Shown here: positions 8,905 to 16,836 of the stretch, piece by piece
Numbering within the stretch: position 1 is the first letter of the stretch
Layout of the letters: every line of letters starts with the position of its first letter
DNA from: an uncultured Alphaproteobacteria bacterium
GTDB taxonomy: Bacteria > Electryoneota > RPQS01
Assembly (NCBI GenBank): GCA_964370805.1
Contig: CAYJKM010000001.1
Span: 9,220-73,219 of the forward strand
DNA: 64,000 nucleotides
Direction: 5' to 3'
The notes under the pieces: generated by a model
The model's input: the letters and a program-made list of their open reading frames with translations, nothing else
What the model was told of the DNA's origin: nothing
Database searches by the model: none
Position numbers and translations under genes: made by a program

Positions 8905-10461
8905 GTGAGAATACTCGTGATGAAGGTGCTCTCCATTCTACTGATTGTGACTTCGGCCTGCGCCGTCGACTACATGTATCTCTCGGATAATGAGACGACC
9001 GTGTTCGGCGACCGCATTCGCTGGTGGCATGAAGATACAGTGGGCACGGCGATCCGCACGAATGACTGCTTCGCGATCATGGAAAATCCGGTGTTCTATG
9101 GCCCGGTCATTCAGGCCGGCGAGAACTGTGATTGCTGTGATCCGCCCTGCGTCTGCGGTGTCCCGCCTTATCCGTTTCCCGAAACCGCCGATTGGCTGCG
9201 CGGTTTGGCTCTGCATGAGATGTCGGAACCGGACACAGTTTGGTGGGCCAACTATTACTTTGATCAAGGTGCGAATGACCAGGCCTTTGTCAAAATCACG
9301 CCGGAGTACTTGCACATCTGGTGGGGAGTGTGGGGAATACCGGTGGATACAGTCTTTGGAATCGACGAAATTCGGTCGCTCAATTCGTATCGACACGTGA
9401 TATATTTCGATTGTCCCATCCGTATTTCCGGTGTGGTCGGCGGCTATCTCATCATTGCCTCCAGCGGCACGATCGGCATTGCGGATAATATCGTTTACGA
9501 AAGTTCCACGATGCCGTACGGCATACCGACGCCGGGACACTCCGAACGCTTTGCCCTCGTCGCCGAAGGCAACATCAAGATTCTGAACAATCCCTTCAAT
9601 GGCCGCGAGAACTGCAGCGGTTTCGGCCCGGGTGGCACAAACGACCCGGATCTGAAAGACGTCGCGCTGAACGGTTATTACGTCGCGCTCAACCAGAGTT
9701 TCACCTTTGAGCAGCAAAACGACTGCGTGGACAGCGCCTATTGCGGCCCAACACCCGATGAACGCGGCACGATCCGGCTCTGGGGCGCGCTCGCGCATAA
9801 GCGGCGCGGTTATGTCCATCGCTCCAATCATGGCGGTACGGGCTACGCAAAGCAGTATCGCTGGGATCCCGAACTCGCGGACTTCGACGCCGGCGTGTTC
9901 AATCACACGGCCAATCGTTTCACGCCGGATTCGCTCGTCTTCGGCGACGTGGCTGTCGGGGATTCGCTTTGGGATACGCTGTTCGTGGACAATTACCGCC
10001 AGGCGGTCGGGCTGGCCGCCGTCTTGACCTCACCGCCGTTCCACACTCCGCCGGTTTCGTACGAGTACGGCCAGCACTTCGCCTTTCCGGTGCGCTTTGC
10101 GCCGCAGAATGTGGGCACGTTCTACGGCAACATCTCGATGAACATCGCCGGCGACTATTATCAGGTTCCAATCACGGGTCGCGGCATCTCCGGTGGCTCC
10201 GCCATCCCCGAGCCGTCCGTGTATCCCAATCCGTTCAACAACACGGCCACGATCTCGTTTCTCCTTCCCGTCGGCAGTGACGTCCGCGTGGACGTCTTTG
10301 ATGTGCTCGGCCGCCACGTGCAAACACTGCTCGATGGCCAGCGCGAGGCCGGCTTGCAACGCGTGAACATTGACGGACGCCGCCTTGCCTCCGGAGTGTA
10401 TTTCGTCCACCTGAACACGCCCGCGCAGCACTTTACCCGCAAGATTCTGCTCATCAAGTGA
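8905..10461 (+). CDS. TP3, tandem paralog with Cys-rich insert
   Basis: GTG at 8905 (AAGGA 8 nt upstream) or ATG at 8920. Motifs DYMYLSDNETTVFGDRIRWWHEDT, ERFALVAEGNIKILNNPFNGREN and SFTFEQQNDCVDSAYCGPTPDERGTIRLWGALAHKRRGYVHRSNHGGTGYAKQYRWD. Insert AGENCDCCDPPCVCG. CTD is YPNPFNNTATISFLL...SGVYFVHL...KILLIK. Confidence 0.85.
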   Translation: MRILVMKVLSILLIVTSACAVDYMYLSDNETTVFGDRIRWWHEDTVGTAIRTNDCFAIMENPVFYGPVIQAGENCDCCDPPCVCGVPPYPFPETADWLRGLALHEMSEPDTVWWANYYFDQGANDQAFVKITPEYLHIWWGVWGIPVDTVFGIDEIRSLNSYRHVIYFDCPIRISGVVGGYLIIASSGTIGIADNIVYESSTMPYGIPTPGHSERFALVAEGNIKILNNPFNGRENCSGFGPGGTNDPDLKDVALNGYYVALNQSFTFEQQNDCVDSAYCGPTPDERGTIRLWGALAHKRRGYVHRSNHGGTGYAKQYRWDPELADFDAGVFNHTANRFTPDSLVFGDVAVGDSLWDTLFVDNYRQAVGLAAVLTSPPFHTPPVSYEYGQHFAFPVRFAPQNVGTFYGNISMNIAGDYYQVPITGRGISGGSAIPEPSVYPNPFNNTATISFLLPVGSDVRVDVFDVLGRHVQTLLDGQREAGLQRVNIDGRRLASGVYFVHLNTPAQHFTRKILLIK

Positions 10462-10468
10462 GGCCAGC

Positions 10469-12031
10469 ATGAGACTCTTTCTGCAGATTCTTTGCTTCGT
10501 CCTGCTGCTTGTGCTCTTCATCGGGGCGGCGGAAGCATTGAACTATACGTACCTCTCGGATATCGAGATGACGACCTTTGGGGATCGCATCCGCTTCATG
10601 CGGGAAGATAGTATCTGCGGTATTATTCGCACCAATGGTCAATTCGCGTTCTTTGAAGACTTTGTGCCACCGTGTTGTCTTGTAATTATGGGAGATGCAG
10701 GCTCAAATTTCGAGTCAAATCCCGACTGCCCGCAGAATTACATGCCGAACATCCTACCAACGGTGATTCCCATTGACCCGTCCGGCCTGCGCAACTCAGC
10801 GTTGGTGAATGGTACCTTTTACGACCAAGGGGAGATGGATCAGGCCACGATTCACATCGTCGGCGACGAACTGCTGGTCTGGTGGGGAGAGTTGGGTCAA
10901 CCGGTGGATACGACCGTTGCGCCGACGGCCATTGTAGTCAACCCCGATCAACCCGTCCATTACTTTGATTGCATGTTGCGAGTCTCGGGCACTCTGAGCA
11001 GCAGTCTGATCCTGATCGGCGTGAGCAAAGTCGGACTCGAAGACAATATACTTTATGCAAGCTCCGACCCTGTGACTGGCGCGCTGACGGAAAATCATCC
11101 CGAAAAGTTCGCGCTCGTCTCGCTGGGCGACATCAAGATTCTCAACAATCCTGCTAACGGCCGTCTGAACTCTAATGGCCTCGGCCAGGATCAAACCAAT
11201 CCCGATTCCACAAGTATCGCCTTGAACGGCTTTTATTTCGCTCTCGGCAGTTACTGGGCCGATGCGGCAGGCAGTTTCACGTTCGAAAATCAGAATGACT
11301 GTGTGGACAGCGGCTACTGCGGACCGTCTCCCGATGAACGCGGCAAGATGTATTTGTGGGGCGGCATCACACAGCGGCGGCGCGGGTATCTGCACCGTTC
11401 CAACAATGGTGGAACTGGATACATCAGACGCTGGCACTGGGACGAAGAGTTGGCTGACTGGGACATCGGCGTGTTTGATGAGGATCATTTTGCGGATCCC
11501 GACACGGTCTTTTTCGGCGACGTGCCCGTCGGCAGCATTGCCCGTGACACGGTCGAGTTGAATCTGTTCGATTACAGCACGCTCGGTGCAGTGATTGCCT
11601 CGCAACCCTTTGACGCTGAGCGGATCGAGCCGTTTTTCGGTACGCACTTCCACGTCCCCGTGAGCTTCGAACCCATTCAATCCGGCAACTACTCCGGCAT
11701 GCTGAATATCAGCACCACGTATCAGTTCTTCCAGATCCCGTTGTACGGCCATGCCGTGCCGGGGAACGGGCCTGTGTTCGAGCCATCCGTCTTTCCGAAT
11801 CCCTTCAACAACACGGCCATGATTTCGTTCCGTCTGGAAACCGCCAGTGACGTGCGCGTCACACTGTATGACATTCTTGGCCGCCACGTTTCGACATTGC
11901 TCGATGAGCATCGCCTGGCCGGAATTCAGCAGGTTCAGATCAACGGTCAAGCGTTGGCTTCGGGTGTTTACTTCGCGCGGCTGGAGACTCCCGCATTCGG
12001 ACGGACGATCAAGGTGCTCCTTCTGAAATGA
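10469..12031 (+). CDS. TP4, tandem paralog
   Basis: Starts 7 nt after the TP3 stop. Motifs LNYTYLSDIEMTTFGDRIRFMRED, EKFALVSLGDIKILNNPANGRLN and SFTFENQNDCVDSGYCGPSPDERGKMYLWGGITQRRRGYLHRSNNGGTGYIRRWHWD. CTD is FPNPFNNTAMISFRL...SGVYFARL...KVLLLK. Confidence 0.85.
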   Translation: MRLFLQILCFVLLLVLFIGAAEALNYTYLSDIEMTTFGDRIRFMREDSICGIIRTNGQFAFFEDFVPPCCLVIMGDAGSNFESNPDCPQNYMPNILPTVIPIDPSGLRNSALVNGTFYDQGEMDQATIHIVGDELLVWWGELGQPVDTTVAPTAIVVNPDQPVHYFDCMLRVSGTLSSSLILIGVSKVGLEDNILYASSDPVTGALTENHPEKFALVSLGDIKILNNPANGRLNSNGLGQDQTNPDSTSIALNGFYFALGSYWADAAGSFTFENQNDCVDSGYCGPSPDERGKMYLWGGITQRRRGYLHRSNNGGTGYIRRWHWDEELADWDIGVFDEDHFADPDTVFFGDVPVGSIARDTVELNLFDYSTLGAVIASQPFDAERIEPFFGTHFHVPVSFEPIQSGNYSGMLNISTTYQFFQIPLYGHAVPGNGPVFEPSVFPNPFNNTAMISFRLETASDVRVTLYDILGRHVSTLLDEHRLAGIQQVQINGQALASGVYFARLETPAFGRTIKVLLLK

Positions 12032-12034
12032 CTC

Positions 12035-12058
12035 GTAGGGACATGGCTTGCCATGTCC
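12035..12058 (+). repeat. GTAGGG-prefixed hairpin (REP-B family) between TP4 and TP5
   Basis: GTAGGGACATGG-CTTG-CCATGTCC with an 8-bp stem GGACATGG/CCATGTCC. It begins 3 nt after the TP4 stop. Confidence 0.6.
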
Positions 12059-12076
12059 GATAGGAGAACAATTCTC

Positions 12077-13660
12077 ATGCGTAGCGCACTCCGCAAATTC
12101 CTGCTCGTCGCAATCGTCCTCACGCTCGCGACCTCCGCGCGTGGTCAAAATGTGTATTCGTGGCTGACGGACATCGAAACGCGTCCATTTGGTCCCGACG
12201 ATGACTACCAACCCTTTGGACCGTTCGATGGCATAAACGGCATCGTGCGTTCCAACGACACGATCACCATCGCCGGTTCTCCTGTGTTTGACTGGATCAT
12301 CACACATGCCCCGCTTTTCGAGCACGGCCCGGATTATAACCCGACCTTCAACGTCCCTCCCACTTTCAATGCTTCACTGATCGGATTTCCTGAATACGCC
12401 GAGAACCTGCGCAACTATGCCACTCATTACTTCAACCCCGGCTCGGACAAGCAAATGCGCATGGTAATCAACGGATCGACACTGCACCATTTTACTTGGG
12501 ACTTAGGTGAGGCGTTTGATTCGCTCGAATGCATTTCCGATCAGATTGAGATTCCGCAGGGTGAAGGCAGCGGTCTCTGTGTCTTTACGGAGACGCGGCT
12601 GGAACTCGCCGGAACGGAGATTACCGGCCGCATTACGATTGGCTCGGCGCAACAAATTCGCCTGATGGACGATGTTCGGGTCGGTGTGGAATACACGAGT
12701 GGTCCGCCGGAGTACCGCATACAGGAGTGGTGCCCCCACTACATCGGCATCGTCAGCGAAGGCGATATTAAGATTGCGAACACGCCGCGGAACGGCCGCG
12801 AAAATTCGAGCGGAATGGGCATGGAGCAGCCTAATCAGGCATATACGGACATCATCATTCATGCGGACATGATCGCTCTCGGCAGCTTCGAGTTCGAGCA
12901 GCAGAACGACCCGGACAGCGGCTACGTCTGCGATTGCAGTCCCGACTGGCGCGGCGACATCTGGTTCTGGGGCGCGCTGCAGCAGTGCGAGCGCAGCTAC
13001 CTTTCCCGCACGAACAACGGCGGCACGGGTTACCGACTGCATCACCGCTTTGACACCCGCCTGCTCATGCAGCGGCCGCCCTGCTTCTTCAGTCCTATCG
13101 ATTCCAGCGGCGGGCCTCAAACTACGGACACACTCTTTTTTGGTGAGGTTGCGGTCGGCACCACGGTCTGGGACACAGCGCATGTCTATCCGATGATGCA
13201 GAGTTACCTCGGCGCCGTCATCGCTTCCTATCCGTTCTATGCTGAGCGGATCGAGCCGTTCTGGGGTACTCACTTCACGATTCCCGTCAGCTTCACTCCC
13301 GCGCAAACCGGGCAGTACACCGGGATGCTCAATGTGAGCACCTCGTATCACTATTATCAAATCGTTCTGCGCGGCACCGGCATTCCTGGCAGTGCGCCGC
13401 CGATTGCCGAGCCGTCCGTCTATCCCAATCCCTTCAACGCGGTAACCACGTTGACGTTTGAACTGGAAAGCGCCGGCGTGGTCAAGCTGGAACTCTACAA
13501 TACCCTCGGCCAACTCGTCGCCACGCCGCTTGAACAATCTTACGAAGCCGGACGGCATCACGCGGTCATCTCCGCCGCCGACTTGCCATCCGGTGTTTAC
13601 TTCGCACGGCTCACGACACCGACACAACATTCCATGCACAAGTTATTGTTGATCAGATAG
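12077..13660 (+). CDS. TP5, most divergent tandem paralog
   Basis: ORF 12053..13660. ATG at 12077 has AGGAGA 9 nt upstream and gives signal peptide MRSALRKFLLVAIVLTLATSARG. The 12053 ATG lies inside the hairpin. Motifs GIVRSNDTITIAGSPVF, SFEFEQQNDPDSGYVCDCSPDWRGDIWFWGALQQCERSYLSRTNNGGTGYRLHHRFD. CTD is YPNPFNAVTTLTFEL...SGVYFARL...KLLLIR. Confidence 0.8.
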   Translation: MRSALRKFLLVAIVLTLATSARGQNVYSWLTDIETRPFGPDDDYQPFGPFDGINGIVRSNDTITIAGSPVFDWIITHAPLFEHGPDYNPTFNVPPTFNASLIGFPEYAENLRNYATHYFNPGSDKQMRMVINGSTLHHFTWDLGEAFDSLECISDQIEIPQGEGSGLCVFTETRLELAGTEITGRITIGSAQQIRLMDDVRVGVEYTSGPPEYRIQEWCPHYIGIVSEGDIKIANTPRNGRENSSGMGMEQPNQAYTDIIIHADMIALGSFEFEQQNDPDSGYVCDCSPDWRGDIWFWGALQQCERSYLSRTNNGGTGYRLHHRFDTRLLMQRPPCFFSPIDSSGGPQTTDTLFFGEVAVGTTVWDTAHVYPMMQSYLGAVIASYPFYAERIEPFWGTHFTIPVSFTPAQTGQYTGMLNVSTSYHYYQIVLRGTGIPGSAPPIAEPSVYPNPFNAVTTLTFELESAGVVKLELYNTLGQLVATPLEQSYEAGRHHAVISAADLPSGVYFARLTTPTQHSMHKLLLIR

Positions 13661-13670
13661 GAGCGCCCTC

Positions 13671-15215
13671 ATGAACAAAACAGCTCAGTATCTTCATTTT
13701 GCGGCGCTGCTTGTGGCCCTTTGCGGAGCAGCCTATGGAATCAACTATGCATATCTTTCCGACCAAGAGCTGACCGTCTTCGGCGACCGCATTCGGTTCT
13801 GGCATGAAGATACGTTGAGCGGCCCCGTCCGCTCAAACTACCAGATTGCCATCATGGAGAACCCCGTTTTCTATGACATCGTCATTCAAGCGGGATCCTG
13901 GACCGACTTCGAGCACGTCTCCGGATACAACCCGTGTTTTCTCGGCCCGCCGCCGGTCTTCCGAGCGCGGCCGATCTGGATTCCCGACCAAGCCTATCAC
14001 TTGCACGAAAACGCCACGCAGATCTTCGCTCCCGGTGCCGGCCAGCAAATGAAGATCGAAATCGACAGCAACTTCGCCCGGCTTTACACCTGGCCGATCG
14101 GGATCGGCTTCAATGGCGCCGATCCTGTGGTTGATTCCATGTTGCTGAACTCGACGGAGATCTTGTTCTTCGAATGTCCGCTGCGAGTTGAAGCCAGAGT
14201 CGCGGGGGATATTACGCTCGCCAGCACGCACAGCATCGGCCTGGATGACAACGCGACGTGCGTGGATGCCGATTCCGTCACGGGCAGAATGCCCGAAGAA
14301 AGCGAGAATTTTCTGACGCTGGTCGCGGAAGGTGAAATCATTGTCCGCAACACCCCGGAGAATGGACGCAATAATTCGGACGGGTTAGGACACGATCAGA
14401 CTGATCTCGATCTCCGCGACATCGTGATTACGGCCAACGTGTTCGCGCTGGGCGGCAGCTTTACCTTCGACCAGCAGAATGATCCGGACAGCGGCTACCA
14501 GGGTCCCTCGCCGGACGAGCGCGGCATCATCTGGCTTTATGGCGGACTGACGCAGCATCGCCGTGGCTACGTGCATCGTTCCAATCACGGCGGTACCGGC
14601 TATGCCAAGGTTTACCGCTATGACGAGCGATTACGCGCCCGACTCAACCCCGTCCTCGGGCCGTTCGGAAACGAGCCGCCGGATACCTTGTATTTCGGCG
14701 ACGTTGCCGTCGGCGAGATTTTGTGGGACACGTTGGAGCTGCATCCCGAATTGCCCGGTACTCTGGGTGCAGTCCTCGCGTCGTATCCGTTCTGGGCCGA
14801 ACGGATTGAGCCATTCTTCGGCAGTGATTTCGTGATTCCCGTTCGCTTCGCTCCACCATCCGTCGGTCCTCATACCGGCATGCTGACGATCGTCACCACC
14901 TATCAAACCTTCCAAATTGTCCTCCGGGGCACAGGAATTCCCGGCAGTGCGCCGCCGATTGCTGAGCCGTCCGTCTATCCGAATCCGTTCAACAACAACG
15001 CGGCGATCTCATTCACGATTCCCGTTGCCGGGCACGTGTCGCTCGAACTCTACGACATCCTCGGCCGCCGCGCGCTGACGGTCTTCGATGACGACGTCCT
15101 GCCCGGCTCGCAAAGCCTGCGAATTGATGCGCAAACTCTCGCTTCCGGCATCTACTTCGCGCACCTCCGCACACCGTCACAGCAGAAAACCATGAAGCTG
15201 CTGCTCGTTAAGTGA
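13671..15215 (+). CDS. TP6, tandem paralog
   Basis: AGGAG SD. Signal peptide ends GAAYG|INYAYLSDQELTVFGDRIRFWHEDTLSGPVRSN. Motif SFTFDQQNDPDSGYQGPSPDERGIIWLYGGLTQHRRGYVHRSNHGGTGYAKVYRYDERL. CTD is YPNPFNNNAAISFTI...SGIYFAHL...KLLLVK. Confidence 0.85.
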   Translation: MNKTAQYLHFAALLVALCGAAYGINYAYLSDQELTVFGDRIRFWHEDTLSGPVRSNYQIAIMENPVFYDIVIQAGSWTDFEHVSGYNPCFLGPPPVFRARPIWIPDQAYHLHENATQIFAPGAGQQMKIEIDSNFARLYTWPIGIGFNGADPVVDSMLLNSTEILFFECPLRVEARVAGDITLASTHSIGLDDNATCVDADSVTGRMPEESENFLTLVAEGEIIVRNTPENGRNNSDGLGHDQTDLDLRDIVITANVFALGGSFTFDQQNDPDSGYQGPSPDERGIIWLYGGLTQHRRGYVHRSNHGGTGYAKVYRYDERLRARLNPVLGPFGNEPPDTLYFGDVAVGEILWDTLELHPELPGTLGAVLASYPFWAERIEPFFGSDFVIPVRFAPPSVGPHTGMLTIVTTYQTFQIVLRGTGIPGSAPPIAEPSVYPNPFNNNAAISFTIPVAGHVSLELYDILGRRALTVFDDDVLPGSQSLRIDAQTLASGIYFAHLRTPSQQKTMKLLLVK

Positions 15216-15278
15216 GCCTTTTCATTTGTCATCCTTGAAGCCGCGTGGCGGCTGAAGGATCTCACTGGAACACACACG

Positions 15279-15992
15279 ATGAAACAATATTGTACACTGA
15301 TTCTGCTACCGCTGTTCCTCTGTCTTTTCTTAGCCATCGGCTGTGAGGAGGAAGATGGGAAAATTGTGGAACCGCCTTATTATTGGATTTGGAATGTCCA
15401 GGTCCTCCTCGGTACCGACACGCTCTATTATCTTCCCGGCGACTCTGCATCCACAATTGTAATTGTGATCGTCACGGATCAGTCTGGCAATGTTGTGCCT
15501 CATGTTCGTGTCGGCATCGCCCTCGCCAATCCCCAAGTCGGCATCCTCGAGTTCCTTGATGAGGAACTGCGCGACACGACCAATTCCTTTGGTCAAGTGC
15601 GTTTGGCATACACCTGCCTTGCCACGCCCGGCATGAACATCGTCTCCGCCACCGCCAGCGGAAGAACGGATATGGATTCGATCGCCGCGTTGCCTTTGCA
15701 AGGCGCGGCCTCTTTGGTATTTTCATTCTCTCGGGACTCCATCTTCTACGAGCATGATCTCAACGACTCTGTTCGTGTCGGCCTGTGTATTCGTGACGCT
15801 CTCAACAATCCCATTGAAGGCATCTCGTTTCAGTTCCCTTTCTATGAAGGCCAGCTCACGCCTTTGCAACCCACCGATTACACGGGTTGCGCATATTTCT
15901 GGTGGCACCCGCCCCACGAGACCGGCTGGCAATGTATTTCCTATCAAGTCGGCGAAGTCTCCGCAACCGCCTGCATCTGGGTTGAACCTTAG
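15279..15992 (+). CDS. lipoprotein L2 with two Ig-like (Big_1-like) domains
   Basis: Lipobox FLAIGC|EEEDG. Motif TLYYLPGDSASTIVIVIVTDQSGNVVPHVRVGIALANPQVGILEF...TTNSFGQVRLAY. Tandem duplicate of L3. Confidence 0.8.
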   Translation: MKQYCTLILLPLFLCLFLAIGCEEEDGKIVEPPYYWIWNVQVLLGTDTLYYLPGDSASTIVIVIVTDQSGNVVPHVRVGIALANPQVGILEFLDEELRDTTNSFGQVRLAYTCLATPGMNIVSATASGRTDMDSIAALPLQGAASLVFSFSRDSIFYEHDLNDSVRVGLCIRDALNNPIEGISFQFPFYEGQLTPLQPTDYTGCAYFWWHPPHETGWQCISYQVGEVSATACIWVEP

Positions 15993-16003
15993 GAAACAAA
16001 GCC

Positions 16004-16714
16004 ATGCACCACGCACTCAAGTGGATTCCACCACTCCTTGCCGCTACCTTCCTCCTGCTTGCCTCCGGATGTGAGGAAAAGAAGATTGGGATGAACGGTT
16101 GGCACGATCCTATCTATGATCCAGAAATCATCCTCGGCGCTGATACGCTTTATTATCTTCCCGGCGACTCCGCATCCACGACTGTAACTGTCATCGTCAC
16201 GGACTACAGCGGCAACGTTGCTCCCGGGGTCAGAGTCGGCATCGCCCTCGCTAATCCCCAAATCGGCATTCTTGAATTCCTCGACACGGAACTCCGCGAT
16301 ACGACGAACGACCTCGGCCGCGTGGAAATGATGTACTATTGCTATGGCAGTCCCGGCATGAATATCATCACGGCCACAGCCGGATGGCGAACGGACGCAG
16401 ATACGATTCTCTCTGAAGAAGGGTACGGTGACCCCTTCCCCTTTTGGGTGGTTGTCACTCCCGACAGCATTCATTTTTTGGTGCTGGACTCCGTTCGTGT
16501 CAGCGCCTGTGTCGCCGATCACAATCACAATGGTATTGCGGGCGCCACACTGATTGTCGAGCAGGCATCGGGATCCTACACTCCTCCCCCGCTCACAGAT
16601 TCCTACGGATGCACGGAATTCTCCTGGTGGCCGGCACATGACATCGGCTGGCATGAGATCACCTTACGCTTTCAGAATCAGACAGCATCCGACAGCGTCT
16701 GGGTCGAACCGTAA
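16004..16714 (+). CDS. lipoprotein L3 with two Ig-like (Big_1-like) domains
   Basis: Lipobox LLASGC|EEKK. Motif TLYYLPGDSASTTVTVIVTDYSGNVAPGVRVGIALANPQIGILEF. Roughly two-thirds identical to L2 by eye over the first domain. Confidence 0.8.
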   Translation: MHHALKWIPPLLAATFLLLASGCEEKKIGMNGWHDPIYDPEIILGADTLYYLPGDSASTTVTVIVTDYSGNVAPGVRVGIALANPQIGILEFLDTELRDTTNDLGRVEMMYYCYGSPGMNIITATAGWRTDADTILSEEGYGDPFPFWVVVTPDSIHFLVLDSVRVSACVADHNHNGIAGATLIVEQASGSYTPPPLTDSYGCTEFSWWPAHDIGWHEITLRFQNQTASDSVWVEP

Positions 16715-16720
16715 CGAGCA

Positions 16721-16764
16721 CTCTCCCTTTCTCCACTTTGTGGGGAAAGGGCCGGGGATAGGGT
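16721..16764 (-). repeat. REP-A hairpin element, copy 2 (inverted relative to the upstream gene)
   Basis: CTCTCCCTTTCTCCACTTTGTGGGGAAAGGGCCGGGGATAGGGT. Confidence 0.85.
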
Positions 16765-16767
16765 CTG

Positions 16768-16806
16768 CTCTTCGCGTCTTCGTATCTTCGCTTCTTCGCG
16801 TCTCGC
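16768..16806 (+). repeat. TCTTCGNN octamer micro-tandem array
   Basis: CTCTTCGCG TCTTCGTA TCTTCGC TTCTTCGCG TCTCG, abutting REP-A copy 2. Confidence 0.7.
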
Positions 16807-16836
16807 CTTGAATTTCTCCCCCCATTTCCGTATCTT

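Noticed and set aside
12053-12076. ATG 12053 as the TP5 start (as in the ORF track).
   Set aside because: That ATG is buried in the 3' arm of the GTAGGG hairpin and lacks an SD. ATG 12077 has AGGAGA 9 nt upstream and yields a normal signal peptide.
10796-12325. A 509-aa minus-strand ORF, plus similar long antisense ORFs. The others are 3434-4417, 8938-9906, 12503-13639 and 18481-19467 (all minus) and 21827-22921, 38434-39387, 46330-47268 and 26763-27641 (all plus).
   Set aside because: They lie antisense to genes with clear motifs (TP family, serA-like, helicase, gdh, kinase, BNR protein, RH1). They are Arg/Ala/Gly/His-rich as expected for shadow frames in high-GC DNA. They lack SD sites and any recognisable domain.
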